Shown: piece by piece, positions 29,215-39,520 of the stretch
How the letters are laid out: every line of letters starts with the position of its first letter
How positions within the stretch are numbered: position 1 is the stretch's first letter
Source: an uncultured Gammaproteobacteria bacterium
GTDB taxonomy: Bacteria > Patescibacteriota > Patescibacteriia > UBA1558 > S5-K13
NCBI GenBank assembly: GCA_964424195.1
Contig: CAYRHT010000002.1
Location: forward strand, 144,120-208,119
Direction of reading: 5' to 3'
Length of the DNA: 64,000 bases
The notes under the pieces: generated by a model
The model's database searches: none
Seen by the model: only the letters and a program-made list of their open reading frames with translations
What the model was told of the DNA's origin: nothing
Translations under genes and position numbers: made by a program

Positions 29215-29886
29215 TTATTTAGTTATTTTTTTAAATATTAAATCTTTTAGGATTTTTAACCCTCCACTAAAGTTATTCCCAAAACGATGATAGATAACTG
29301 TCATTGGTATTTCTTTAATCTTTAATTTGGATTTAAAAGCCTTATGGAGAATTTCACTGCAATGAGCCATTTGATCCTGCTCTATTTTAATCCTGTGAGT
29401 AGCTTTAGTAGACATAGCTCGAAAACCACTTTGAGGATCTGTTAAATTAATTTGAAAGAATAATCTATTTACTAAACGAGCTAGAGGAAAAAGAATATGT
29501 TTTTTAAACCAAGGCATTTTTGATTTCTTTTCTAAGAATCTAGAACCTAATACTAAATCATAGTCTTCATGAATGATTGGTTTAATTAAGTCCTCTATTT
29601 CATTAACTAGGAATTGTCCATCAGCATCAAAGTGGACAATAATATCAGCTCCATTATTTAAAGCATATTGATTACCAGTTTCTAAAGCAGCTCCTTGTCC
29701 TCTATTTATTGGATGTTGGAGAAGGGTAACTGAGAACTTCTTTACAATATTAGTTGTCTGATCTTGAGAACAATCATCAACTACCACAATATTGTGGTAG
29801 TTATTAGTTAAATCAGTCAGAACTTCATTAATTTTACTTTCTTCATTATATGCGGGAACAATGATGAATATTTTGGGGTCAGTCAT
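29215..29886 (-). CDS. GT2 polyprenyl-phosphate glycosyltransferase (DPM1/GtrB-like)
   Basis: IIVPAYNEE...VVVDDCSQD...FDADGQ motifs. Confidence 0.75.
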   Translation of the reverse strand: MTDPKIFIIVPAYNEESKINEVLTDLTNNYHNIVVVDDCSQDQTTNIVKKFSVTLLQHPINRGQGAALETGNQYALNNGADIIVHFDADGQFLVNEIEDLIKPIIHEDYDLVLGSRFLEKKSKMPWFKKHILFPLARLVNRLFFQINLTDPQSGFRAMSTKATHRIKIEQDQMAHCSEILHKAFKSKLKIKEIPMTVIYHRFGNNFSGGLKILKDLIFKKITK

Positions 29887-30798
29887 TTAATTATTTTTAA
29901 AATACTCAATAGTTTCTTGGATACCTTGATCTAAATTATATTTAGGTTTCCATTTTAATTCTCTTTTAATTTTTTGGTATGATAATTGACTTTTTTTAAC
30001 CTCTCCTTTAACCTGAGCTTTTGTTTCGAATTCTCTTTCTGTCCCTATAATCTTTTCTATCTTTTTGTATAGTTTTAAAATACTAATATCTTTCTCAGTA
30101 GATATATTATATATCTGATTAGTAGTTTTCATTCCTTTAATTAAGGAATCTACTACATCTTGGACATAAACAAAGTCTCTAGTTTGTTTACCAGCTCCAT
30201 TGATATAGCATTTCTTTTTTCCGAGGAGGTTAGAAATGAAGATAGCGATTACTCCAGCTTCTCCATAGGGATCTTGTCGTGGTCCAAAGATATTAGCTGG
30301 TCTTAAAATATTGTATCTTAATCCATGAACTTTAGAGTAGAAATTAATATATTTTTCAATGGTAAATTTAGAGATAGCATAAGGAGTTAGTGGTTTAGCT
30401 TCAGCTTTTTCATTTGTAGGATATTCTTTAGCATCATCATATATTGCTCCTCCAGAAGATACAAATACAAACTTTTTAATATTATGCTCTCTACAATTCT
30501 CTAGAAGATTTAAAGAACCAATAATATTCTCTTGAGCATCAAACTTAGGGTCTTCAATGGACTTGGGAACACTTTTTTGAGCTGCTAAATGAAAGACTAG
30601 ATCAAATTTGTATTTTTTGAATATAGTACTAAGCATTGGTGATTTAATATCTATCTTGTAGAAATCTCCACCACTTAAAAATTTTTTCTTCCCAGTGGAT
30701 AGATTATCAACAATAACAACATTGTGTTTTAATTCTAGTAATTTATCTACCAAGTGAGAGCCGAGAAAACCAGCCCCACCAGTGACTAAAATATTCAT
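29887..30798 (-). CDS. NAD-dependent nucleotide-sugar epimerase/dehydratase (SDR family)
   Basis: MNILVTGGAGFLGSHL Rossmann motif; YAISK catalytic motif. Confidence 0.8.
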   Translation of the reverse strand: MNILVTGGAGFLGSHLVDKLLELKHNVVIVDNLSTGKKKFLSGGDFYKIDIKSPMLSTIFKKYKFDLVFHLAAQKSVPKSIEDPKFDAQENIIGSLNLLENCREHNIKKFVFVSSGGAIYDDAKEYPTNEKAEAKPLTPYAISKFTIEKYINFYSKVHGLRYNILRPANIFGPRQDPYGEAGVIAIFISNLLGKKKCYINGAGKQTRDFVYVQDVVDSLIKGMKTTNQIYNISTEKDISILKLYKKIEKIIGTEREFETKAQVKGEVKKSQLSYQKIKRELKWKPKYNLDQGIQETIEYFKNN

Positions 30799-30799
30799 A

Positions 30800-31957
30800 T
30801 TATTTTTTGTATTTTTTAAGTTCCTCTACTTTGTCTAATTTTTCCCAAGGTAGATCTAAGTCATTTCTACCAAAATGACCATAGGCTGCTGTTTGAGTAT
30901 AGATTGGTTTTAAGAGGTCTAAGTTTTTAATAATTCCAGCTGGACTGAAATCAAAATGTTCTTTAACTATTGTTTCTAACTCTTCATCTGATAATTTACT
31001 AGTCCCAAAACTATTTACCATGATAGATATTGGTTCTGGATAACCAATAGCATAAGAAACTTCAATTTCTATTCGGTCAGCTAATTCAGCGGCTACTAAA
31101 TTTTTAGCTACATAACGAGTCATATATGCACCACTTCGATCTTGTTTGTTAGGAGATTTACCAGAGAAACATCCTCCACCATGTCTACCCATTCCACCGT
31201 AAGTATCTACGATAATCTTCCGACCAGTTAAACCAGTATCTGCTGCTGGACCACCTTTGACAAATATTCCAGTTTCATTAATTAGTATCTTAATATTTTC
31301 ATTAAAGTAATCTCCGAGCACTGGTTTGATAACCTGTTCAGTAATATCTTTTCTTAAATCTTCTAACTTAATATCTTCATCATGTTGAGCAGCAACTACT
31401 ACAGTATTTACAGCTTTTGGTTTTTCATCTTGATATTCTACTGTTACTTGAGATTTACCATCAGGACGAAGATATTTCAAAGTATTATTTTTTCTAACTT
31501 CAGTAAGTTTTTGAGTTAATTTATGAGCTAAACTAATTGGTAGAGGCATAAATTCCGGAGTTTCATTACAAGCATAACCAAACATCATTCCTTGATCTCC
31601 AGCCCCCATAGCTTTATGATCACCTTTACTAGTATCTTCTCCTTGAGCAATATCTGCTGATTGTTCATCAATGGCTGTCATTACTGCACAGGATTCATAA
31701 TCAATACCATAGGCAGAATTGTCATATCCAATATCTTTTAGTGTTTCCCTAACTGTTTTAGAAATATCTACATAGGTAGAAGTACTGATTTCACCACCAA
31801 CAACTACTAAACCTGTAGTAGTAAAAGCTTCACAACAACAATGACCTTTGGGATCATCTTTAAGGATAGCGTCTAGAATTCGATCACTAATTTGATCACA
31901 AATTTTATCTGGATGACCTTCGGTCACTGATTCAGATGTAAAAAAGTATTTATTCAT
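30800..31957 (-). CDS. metK: S-adenosylmethionine synthetase
   Basis: [20 protein letters not shown] and GGGCFSGK motifs; 385 aa. Confidence 0.95.
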   Translation of the reverse strand: MNKYFFTSESVTEGHPDKICDQISDRILDAILKDDPKGHCCCEAFTTTGLVVVGGEISTSTYVDISKTVRETLKDIGYDNSAYGIDYESCAVMTAIDEQSADIAQGEDTSKGDHKAMGAGDQGMMFGYACNETPEFMPLPISLAHKLTQKLTEVRKNNTLKYLRPDGKSQVTVEYQDEKPKAVNTVVVAAQHDEDIKLEDLRKDITEQVIKPVLGDYFNENIKILINETGIFVKGGPAADTGLTGRKIIVDTYGGMGRHGGGCFSGKSPNKQDRSGAYMTRYVAKNLVAAELADRIEIEVSYAIGYPEPISIMVNSFGTSKLSDEELETIVKEHFDFSPAGIIKNLDLLKPIYTQTAAYGHFGRNDLDLPWEKLDKVEELKKYKK

Positions 31958-31967
31958 ATTTTTTCAA

Positions 31968-33095
31968 TTATTTATTTAAGTTTAATTTATCTGGACTAAG
32001 AATGCTCTTGTTTCTTTGAACATGTTCAATGGTTTTAGTTAGTCCTTTTTCTAAAGAAGTCATTGGCATCCAACCTAAGTTTTCTTTAGCTTTAGAGATA
32101 TTGGGGATTAATTTTCTTTGAATATGTTTGAAGTCATCTTGGAAGATAATTTTAGATTGAGATTTAGTTAATTTGATAACTGTTTCAGCGATATCTTTTA
32201 CTAAAACTTTCTCAGGATTACCTAAATTCAAAGGTTCAAACACTGGAACATTCATGAATTTTAACAAAGCATCAATCATATCTTCGATATAGCAGAAAGA
32301 AGTTGTCTTGTCTTCACTACCATTGATTACTAAATCTTCATTTTTCATAGCAGATTCAATAAAGTCTGGGATTAGTCGACCATCTTCAATAATCATCTTT
32401 GGTCCATAGGTTGAGAATATTCGAGCAATACTAATATCTAATTTAAACTTCTCATGATAGTTATAGACCATCATTTCTCCAAATCTTTTTCCTTCATTGT
32501 AAGCAGCTCTTGGTTCTAAGTGATTAGTTTTACCAATGTATGTTTCTTCAATTTCACCCTGAACATCTTCAGCATTGCCATAAATAGCTGCTGATGAACC
32601 AAAAAGAAACCGAGCTTTGTATTTGACTGCTAGTTCTAAAGCATTTTTTAAAGCAATAGAGTTAGCATCAATAGTTTCAATAGCATATTTATTATGATCT
32701 TTGTAGGAAGTTGGACAAGCCATATAGATTATGTCTTGGATTCCTTGCCATTCTATTTTAAATTTTCCTAATTCATTAATTTTTTCTAAATCTAATGGTT
32801 GACTTATATCATGTTTGATCAAGCTAAAGTCTGGATACTGAAGAAATTCTTGGATGTTATTAGCATTTCCAGTGATAAAATTATCAATACAAATAACTTT
32901 ATGTTTTTCTAAAAGCCTTTCAATTAAATTAGAACCAATAAAGCCAGCTCCACCAATTACTAAGATGTTTTTCTTATCAAAAATTACTTTTTTCTCTGAA
33001 GAGTTAGACTTATTAGTTGTTTCTTGATTTTTCAAATCAAAAATATCTTTTACCTTAGGTTTTTGATTATTTTTTCCAAAGTTGAATATTCCCAT
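31968..33095 (-). CDS. UDP-glucuronate decarboxylase-like SDR (UXS family) with N-terminal extension
   Basis: ILVIGGAGFIGSNL...ICIDNFITG...YMACPTS...SSAAIYG pattern typical of UXS/ArnA-type decarboxylases. Confidence 0.65.
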   Translation of the reverse strand: MGIFNFGKNNQKPKVKDIFDLKNQETTNKSNSSEKKVIFDKKNILVIGGAGFIGSNLIERLLEKHKVICIDNFITGNANNIQEFLQYPDFSLIKHDISQPLDLEKINELGKFKIEWQGIQDIIYMACPTSYKDHNKYAIETIDANSIALKNALELAVKYKARFLFGSSAAIYGNAEDVQGEIEETYIGKTNHLEPRAAYNEGKRFGEMMVYNYHEKFKLDISIARIFSTYGPKMIIEDGRLIPDFIESAMKNEDLVINGSEDKTTSFCYIEDMIDALLKFMNVPVFEPLNLGNPEKVLVKDIAETVIKLTKSQSKIIFQDDFKHIQRKLIPNISKAKENLGWMPMTSLEKGLTKTIEHVQRNKSILSPDKLNLNK

Positions 33096-33120
33096 ATTTT
33101 TTAATTATTTATTTATATTA

Positions 33121-33549
33121 TTATATCATATTTGAACTATCTTTTGTTTTAAATACTAGCTTTTTATATGTTAAAAAGTTCCAAATAGCAGCTAGAATTG
33201 TTCCTAGTATTTTTCCATAAATATCATTTATTTTAAAGTAATGAACAGAGATAAAGAGAACAATGATAGAGATAAGTAAAGAGAAAATAGTGAATCCTAG
33301 AAATTTAATATATTTTAAAAATATTCTATCATTATCTTGATCTTGAAAAGCAATCTTTTTGTTTAAAATGAAGCTCATAGAATTAGCCATTAAGAAGGCA
33401 ATGACATTGGCTAGGATATAATAGATGAATAGTTTACGAGTTAGGATAAAATAGATTGAAAAATCAACTAAAAAATTTAAAGATCCAATTAATCCGAATT
33501 TAATTATTTCTTCTAGTATTGAATATTTTTCTAATATTCTAATTTTCAT
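33121..33549 (-). CDS. GtrA-like membrane protein
   Basis: 142 aa, 4 TM helices, GtrA-like N-terminus (KFGLIGSLNFLVDFSIYF). Confidence 0.55.
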   Translation of the reverse strand: MKIRILEKYSILEEIIKFGLIGSLNFLVDFSIYFILTRKLFIYYILANVIAFLMANSMSFILNKKIAFQDQDNDRIFLKYIKFLGFTIFSLLISIIVLFISVHYFKINDIYGKILGTILAAIWNFLTYKKLVFKTKDSSNMI

Positions 33550-35740
33550 TTTTTATAAACTTAGTTAAATAAACTCCATTAAGGTTGTATTTGTTGTAAG
33601 CAAAGAATTGTTTGATTAAATTACCTTGTAAATCAAATACTCGAATATGTGGTCCTCCACCAGCTCCGGCTGACACTATAATATCATTATGATAATCAGA
33701 ATTAATATCAGCTATTTCAATACTAACTTCTTTTTTAAAGTTTTTAGTATAAGCTAAAAAGTTAGAAATTAAATTACCATTTAAATCATAGATAAGGACA
33801 TAAGGAGAGCTATCTTTTTTGGGAGTTACTAGAATCTCAGCTTTTTTATCACCACTTAAATTACCAACGGCAATATTTAAACCACCTCTAAAGTCTTTAT
33901 TCCCAGCAAAGAATTGAGCTTTTAATCCTCCATTCTTGTCAAACATTCTAATATGAGGACCACCACTACCAGCTGGAGCAGTGATTATTTCATTCCGATA
34001 ATCTCCATCAATATCACCAATAGCTACAGACACTCCACCTCTAAATTTTTCATTGTAAACTAGAAAACTATTTAATAATGTCCCTTTACTATCATAAATA
34101 TATACTTTGGGTTCAGTATTAGCAGGAGAACCGATAACAATCTTTTCTCGGCCATTATTGTAGACATCACCAACTTTTAAACTTATGGGAGTTTTAAAAT
34201 CAAGTTGAAAGTTATTTAGTAAAACTAAATCTTCATTGTAAACATTAACCTCTGTTCCTCGCCAATTAGTTTTAGAAATAACTATTTCGGATTGATTATC
34301 ATCATTTAAATCACCAGATGAGATCTGATAATTATAATTATAATAGTCTCTATCTAGATTTTTAAGATCAATGTCTGCGCTCTTTTGATCAAAGAATTTA
34401 ATATCAGGGTTTACTCCTCTAGTAGGAATAGTTATTAAGGATAGGCTTCTAGTTTTCTTTAATCTTCGAGCAGCTAAAAGAACTTTATTAATATTTAATA
34501 ATCCTCCACCAATCTTTTTTCTTTTATTAATATTTCTAAAAGAAATGTCAGTAGCATTTTCTTTAATCAATCTATAAATTTCTTCAATGGTAAAATTAGG
34601 GTCAATTTTCTTCATTAAAGCTATGGTTCCAGAGACTAAAGGAGTTGCAAAAGATGTTCCTGACCAAGAGTTTCCATAGGCATTTTTAAAATCTCTTAAT
34701 TCTGCTTGGAATACTTGAGTACTGTAGAAGTCTTCTCCCGGAGCCATAATATCTATACAATTTTTACCAAAGTTAGAAAAAGTAGATATCTTATTATTAG
34801 CATCTACAGAACCTACTCCTAAAACCATATTCTTATCAAAGTCATAACAAACTGGATATCTTATATTCTGATCTAAATCAATTCCAAAGTTCATTTCATT
34901 GCCAGCAGCAGCTACTACTGCTACACCAGCTTGATATGCTCTTTGAATAGCATTACCTAGAATAGGGTCACTCTTACTACCTACAAAGCTTAGATTTATA
35001 ACATCAGCTCCATTTTTAGTAGCATAATCAATAGCTCGAGCAATGTCATAGGTATTTCCTTGTCCTTGGCTATTAATAGCTCTAAGGGACATTATTTTAG
35101 CTTTCCAAGCAATGCCACTAATTCCTAATTCATTATTAGCTACTCCAGCAGCTATTCCAGCTACAACAGTACCATGATTTACAGCATATTTTTGATATCC
35201 TCTACTAATCTTTACATTGTTATCAGCGGTATTATTAACAAAATCCCAACCATAAACATCATCTTTAAAACCATTAGCATCATCATCTAAATCATTATCC
35301 TTAATCTCATCTTCATTGATCCAGAAATTACCCTTTAAATCAGGATGGTCTAATTGAACTCCAGTATCAATGATAGCGATAGTAACATCTTCAGCTTCCC
35401 GAGCCCAAGTCCAAGCTGAGTCAGCTTCAATTTGTTTAAGATAAGTTTGTAATTTTAAATCAGGGTCATTTGGTAAAGCTGAAATAGTATATTTATTATT
35501 CTCACTAATAGTTTTAACTTCATCATATTTTATATAATCTTCTTTAACTCTTTGAAGATTAATTGATTCATTAAATTTCAAAAGTATTATCTCTCCATTG
35601 TTTAATTCAATAACTAATTCTTGAGTTTCGTTATTCTGAGCAATAGCATTATTTGAATTATGAAACACAAAAACAACAGCAATTAGTATAAATGCTGAAC
35701 AGAAAAAAGTCTGGATTGTTCTTTTGAAAACCAGTTTCAT
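33539..35740 (-). CDS. Secreted subtilisin-like serine protease (S8) with C-terminal FG-GAP/VCBS-like repeats
   Basis: Catalytic triad motifs AIIDTGV, HGTVVAG, GTSFATPLVSG; signal peptide. Confidence 0.85.
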   Translation of the reverse strand: MKLVFKRTIQTFFCSAFILIAVVFVFHNSNNAIAQNNETQELVIELNNGEIILLKFNESINLQRVKEDYIKYDEVKTISENNKYTISALPNDPDLKLQTYLKQIEADSAWTWAREAEDVTIAIIDTGVQLDHPDLKGNFWINEDEIKDNDLDDDANGFKDDVYGWDFVNNTADNNVKISRGYQKYAVNHGTVVAGIAAGVANNELGISGIAWKAKIMSLRAINSQGQGNTYDIARAIDYATKNGADVINLSFVGSKSDPILGNAIQRAYQAGVAVVAAAGNEMNFGIDLDQNIRYPVCYDFDKNMVLGVGSVDANNKISTFSNFGKNCIDIMAPGEDFYSTQVFQAELRDFKNAYGNSWSGTSFATPLVSGTIALMKKIDPNFTIEEIYRLIKENATDISFRNINKRKKIGGGLLNINKVLLAARRLKKTRSLSLITIPTRGVNPDIKFFDQKSADIDLKNLDRDYYNYNYQISSGDLNDDNQSEIVISKTNWRGTEVNVYNEDLVLLNNFQLDFKTPISLKVGDVYNNGREKIVIGSPANTEPKVYIYDSKGTLLNSFLVYNEKFRGGVSVAIGDIDGDYRNEIITAPAGSGGPHIRMFDKNGGLKAQFFAGNKDFRGGLNIAVGNLSGDKKAEILVTPKKDSSPYVLIYDLNGNLISNFLAYTKNFKKEVSIEIADINSDYHNDIIVSAGAGGGPHIRVFDLQGNLIKQFFAYNKYNLNGVYLTKFIKNEN

Positions 35741-35829
35741 ACCTAAAATTATACTTTATTTGAGATTATAAAGCAAAAATACACCACTCTATTAAGTAGT
35801 GCATTTTTTTATCTTTAATGTCTGAGTTA

Positions 35830-36426
35830 TTAATTTAAAATATTTCTTATTTGAAGATTGGCGTGAATTTGTTTAATATCTTTATTTAGTATAATTTCCT
35901 TTTTATCTCCCTCTGTTAGATTGAAATTTCTTTTTATTTGTTTAATTTCATTCGCTAAATCATTTATTTTCTCTTGGTTTCTTATATTGAACATTTCTTG
36001 TAGATTGAATATTATTAGTTCTTTGATTGCTTTTCTAACTTCTGGAGTATCAACATCTTTATCTTCTAAACGATATTTAAATTTTAATTCTAAAGCTTCG
36101 TCAGGAAGTCTATCTTCAAATTTTTTTACTATTTCATCTATTTGTTTCTTTTTTTCTATTATATCCTGCATTCTAGGAAGATCTTTCATATTATCTCCTA
36201 ATTTTTTTTCATTTTCTTCAATATTTTTTTCTCTCCCTGTTAATTCAACATCTTCTTTCTTTTCATCATTTAGATCTTTTTCCTTAGTTATTTCAGAAGT
36301 ATCATCAATTTTTCCAATTTCAAAATTAGTTGGTTTACCAAAGTTTTTTTCACTTAAATCTTCCAATTGTTCGCCTTTTTGTTTAGCCTCTTCTAAACTC
36401 ATTGGTTGTTCTCCAAGTTTAATCAT
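35830..36426 (-). CDS. Hypothetical charged coiled-coil protein (198 aa)
   Basis: ORF; the overlapping plus-strand ORF 35921..36442 is low-complexity antisense. Confidence 0.45.
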   Translation of the reverse strand: MIKLGEQPMSLEEAKQKGEQLEDLSEKNFGKPTNFEIGKIDDTSEITKEKDLNDEKKEDVELTGREKNIEENEKKLGDNMKDLPRMQDIIEKKKQIDEIVKKFEDRLPDEALELKFKYRLEDKDVDTPEVRKAIKELIIFNLQEMFNIRNQEKINDLANEIKQIKRNFNLTEGDKKEIILNKDIKQIHANLQIRNILN

Positions 36427-36560
36427 ATTTTTATATTATTAAATTTTTTATTAATTTATTTGAATCGTCCCATGTTTTACTATTTACAAGTAAAATTATG
36501 GGGATTTGCATTTATTATTAACTACATATTAGTTTAAAAGCTTTTTAAAAGAAAGTAAAG

Positions 36561-38006
36561 CTATTTCTTAAACACTTGTTTAACAAAATCTAAGTCCTCT
36601 TTTGTTAGGATTTGGAGTACAAAAGTCATAATCATGTAAAGAGCTCCAGATAAAGCAATGTTTAACAACCAATGTAATCTATCTTTAAAGAAGAATAAAG
36701 AAATTACCATTATTAAACAAGCTAAGAAGATTCTAGAGAAGTTAGAAGCAATGATTTTAGAGTTAAATTTAACTACTTGATGAGAACTAATAGTATTTAG
36801 TATTAAATAGCAAATAGTGGCTAAAATTGATGCTATAGCAGCTCCTGTGTGCGAATAAGTGGGAATAAAGATGATATTAGCAATAATACTAACAATCATA
36901 GTAAATCCTATGTTTCTAGTATGTATTTTCTGTAAATTAGCGGCATTCAACAAAGCACCCATTGGGAAAGTTAAGAATATTAATGGCAGATTACAAATTA
37001 ATATCTGTAAGGTTAAAATTGAAGGTGCATATTGTTGTTGATAGACACTGAGAATAATAGTTTTAGCCATCACAGCAATACCAATAGCAATTGGTATTGA
37101 GAGTACAGAAAGATAGATAAGGCTTTTGTTAAAAGTATTCTTTAATTTTTCTTTTTCATAGTTAAAGAAGTGAGTAAAAGCTGGATAGAGAGAAGCTACA
37201 AAAGCCATTGGTATGAATTGAAAAGCAAATGTTATCTTGTATGGTAAAGAATAATATCCAACTGCTTGGTCTCCAGAGAATTTAGAAAGGAAAACAGAAT
37301 CAATACTTCCTGATATTCTCATAAAGATTGCTGCCAGAGCAAAAGGCCAAGCAATGATTAATAATTTCTTAGCAAATTCTTTGTTTAAAACAGGACGTAA
37401 AGCAATCTTGTACTTAAATCTTAAAACACTAGCAGAGAATATTAGATTAAAAGAACTAGCAATTAGTAAAACAATTAACAACAAGAAAGGATCATGAGTA
37501 TATCGAAGCATTAGATAACCTAGACTTAAAACAATAGCTTGGAATATGATTGAAGCAATACTTTCAAACCCTAAATTATGCTTACCTCTGATAATAGCCC
37601 AGAAAGTTAGAGTAAAACTATCTATGAGCATGGTAGCACAAGATAAATAGACTAAGTTCTTAATATCTAGATCGTAATTTAATAGATTAATGGTAATGTA
37701 AATAGCAAATAGGATAATAACCGAAGTAATTAATTTAATAGCAATTACATTAGAAATTAGCTTCTGAATAGTTTCCTTAGCTTTAGCTATTTCTCTAGTA
37801 AGTAAACTACTTAGACCAAAATCTAGAAATACAGAGAAAATAGTTACAAAAGAAATAGCAAAAAAGTATTGACCTATTTTTTCAGAACCAATTTGAGTAG
37901 CTAGATAAGAGAAATAAGTGAATGAAATCACTTTTTGAACTACTAAAGCTATTGTGAAATAGCCAGTATTTTTTACTAATTTGTTGGAGGGTGAATTATT
38001 TTTCAT
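36561..38006 (-). CDS. Polysaccharide flippase (Wzx/MOP superfamily)
   Basis: 481 aa, about 12-14 TM helices, Wzx-like N-terminus. Confidence 0.7.
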   Translation of the reverse strand: MKNNSPSNKLVKNTGYFTIALVVQKVISFTYFSYLATQIGSEKIGQYFFAISFVTIFSVFLDFGLSSLLTREIAKAKETIQKLISNVIAIKLITSVIILFAIYITINLLNYDLDIKNLVYLSCATMLIDSFTLTFWAIIRGKHNLGFESIASIIFQAIVLSLGYLMLRYTHDPFLLLIVLLIASSFNLIFSASVLRFKYKIALRPVLNKEFAKKLLIIAWPFALAAIFMRISGSIDSVFLSKFSGDQAVGYYSLPYKITFAFQFIPMAFVASLYPAFTHFFNYEKEKLKNTFNKSLIYLSVLSIPIAIGIAVMAKTIILSVYQQQYAPSILTLQILICNLPLIFLTFPMGALLNAANLQKIHTRNIGFTMIVSIIANIIFIPTYSHTGAAIASILATICYLILNTISSHQVVKFNSKIIASNFSRIFLACLIMVISLFFFKDRLHWLLNIALSGALYMIMTFVLQILTKEDLDFVKQVFKK

Positions 38007-38032
38007 GAAGTAATTATATCATAAAAGATAGA

Positions 38033-38067
38033 AGAAAATAAAAAAAGCCTTCAATATTTTGAAGGCT
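38033..38067 (-). terminator. Rho-independent terminator (AGCCTTCAA-TATT-TTGAAGGCT) for the 38102..38706 cassette
   Basis: Perfect 9-bp stem with U-run on the minus strand. Confidence 0.5.
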
Positions 38068-38101
38068 AAATTATTTTTATTTCCTAGTGGGAATGACACA
38101 T

Positions 38102-38290
38102 TTATCGTATTTGCCCACATAAATTACATCTGCATGCGGGATCATGATCTGGTGGTGCGTCAGGTAATTTTTGGTTGATTCCAAATTTTATACAAGAAGA
38201 GCAACAACAAGTCTTTTCATGTTCAAGAGCGCCTTCTTTTTCGCATTCATTACATGTACAGCAATTCCAATGATCATTTCTTATTGACAT
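38102..38290 (-). CDS. Cys-rich 62-aa peptide (14 Cys; CC/CCC clusters)
   Basis: RBS AGGAGG embedded in the last codons of the upstream gene; TAATG start/stop overlap. Confidence 0.5.
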   Translation of the reverse strand: MSIRNDHWNCCTCNECEKEGALEHEKTCCCSSCIKFGINQKLPDAPPDHDPACRCNLCGQIR

Positions 38291-38706
38291 TATACCTCCT
38301 TTATTTCTCTTCTAGCTTTATCATGTAAGGCTGCTAAACCAACTAATAGAGTTAATTGTTGAGCTGGTGTATCTACATTATGAGAAGAAAATTCATAGCC
38401 CAATCCTTTCTCAACTCTTCCATTACTAGGGTTTATATCACAAGCATCTCCAGGGCAAGATATATTAATCCATCCATCATCGTGATCAATAGAAGCTCGG
38501 AAGTCGTATTCTTTGTATTGATTTGAATCAAATATTGTTTGATAAGTTAATTGCATTGCTTCAACTATTTCAATGATTACTGGTCTTTTGTCTCTTTTTA
38601 AACTTTCCGTTCTTAATATTCCCAACCAATTACAAAGAGGAACACTGTATTGTCCACCCAGAGAACCACCACATATATCACGAGATGTTATGGTTCTAAC
38701 TTCCAT
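38290..38706 (-). CDS. Hypothetical protein (138 aa) with conserved Cys/His/Asp residues
   Basis: ORF; elevated GC versus surroundings; in-frame hydrophobic extension upstream lacks ATG. Confidence 0.5.
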   Translation of the reverse strand: MEVRTITSRDICGGSLGGQYSVPLCNWLGILRTESLKRDKRPVIIEIVEAMQLTYQTIFDSNQYKEYDFRASIDHDDGWINISCPGDACDINPSNGRVEKGLGYEFSSHNVDTPAQQLTLLVGLAALHDKARREIKEV

Positions 38707-38879
38707 AAGCTGAAGTAATGATGACGAAGTTTCTTTCTCTATTATAAGTAATAATGCAAAGAGTACAGTAAAACTTGCTGAAATAGCATTAATGATACTC
38801 CAATCATAGTATTTTTCAATTCCATTACCATTACAAATTAAACATTTGTCATTAAGAATGACACTTTTTAAAAAGCAAG

Positions 38880-38912
38880 AAAGAAAGCCCTCGATATGTC
38901 GAAGGCTTTAGG
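38880..38912 (-). terminator. Terminator hairpin (AGCCCTCGA-TATG-TCGAAGGCT) downstream of 38930..39394
   Basis: 8/9-bp stem followed by U-rich tract on the minus strand. Confidence 0.4.
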
Positions 38913-38929
38913 ATAGTTTAAGGGTACTT

Positions 38930-39394
38930 TTATATGTATTCTTGAACTATTTTTGAAAAATTTTGTGTTGGAGATGCACAGAGCATCTTGTTTTCATTAT
39001 TGCTCATGATTGAATAAATTTTTCTTTCAGAATCATAAGTAATTAAAAGATTTGTAGCTGAAGTTTTATCTTGAATTTGTTTCCAGTTATTTTCTTCAAG
39101 TTTTTTACAGAAAGAATTAAATTCTTTTATAATTTCTGTATTTTCTGAAGAATCGGAATTTAATTCAAAGAGTATCTTCGTGGCTTTACCATTCTTTTCA
39201 TATAATCCAATTGGATGATGATTAAATTTTAAAAGCAAATGTTCATCACCAATACTTTTATGAGTTATGGTAGTTGTAGTTGTGGTTTCAGAATTCGAGA
39301 GAGAAACTATTGAATGTATTAAACTAAGAGCACAAAAAATAGCTACTACTGTTAGAAAAAGTCTTACTTTAAGAGTCGCTTTACTTATTTTCAT
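38930..39394 (-). CDS. Secreted hypothetical protein with poly-Thr linker (154 aa)
   Basis: Signal peptide; TTTTTTIT tract. Confidence 0.5.
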   Translation of the reverse strand: MKISKATLKVRLFLTVVAIFCALSLIHSIVSLSNSETTTTTTITHKSIGDEHLLLKFNHHPIGLYEKNGKATKILFELNSDSSENTEIIKEFNSFCKKLEENNWKQIQDKTSATNLLITYDSERKIYSIMSNNENKMLCASPTQNFSKIVQEYI

Positions 39395-39470
39395 TTTTTC
39401 CTCCTCAGGATTTTTTTATTTTGTCATTTATTTGACTTCACAGTTTATCATTAATATTAATTAGAGTCAA

Positions 39471-39498
39471 TTAAAAAATCCCGTAGAACGGGATTTTT
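39471..39498 (-). terminator. Terminator AAAATCCCG-TAGA-ACGGGATTTT after rpsI
   Basis: Perfect 9-bp stem; same hairpin sequence recurs at 58091..58114. Confidence 0.5.
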
Positions 39499-39520
39499 GA
39501 TATATATAATGTAATATAGT

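Noticed and set aside
35921-36442. 173-aa plus-strand ORF overlapping 35830..36426
   Set aside because: Ser/Phe-rich low-complexity translation, antisense to a Lys/Glu-rich ORF in an AT-rich region; the minus-strand ORF has the better context.
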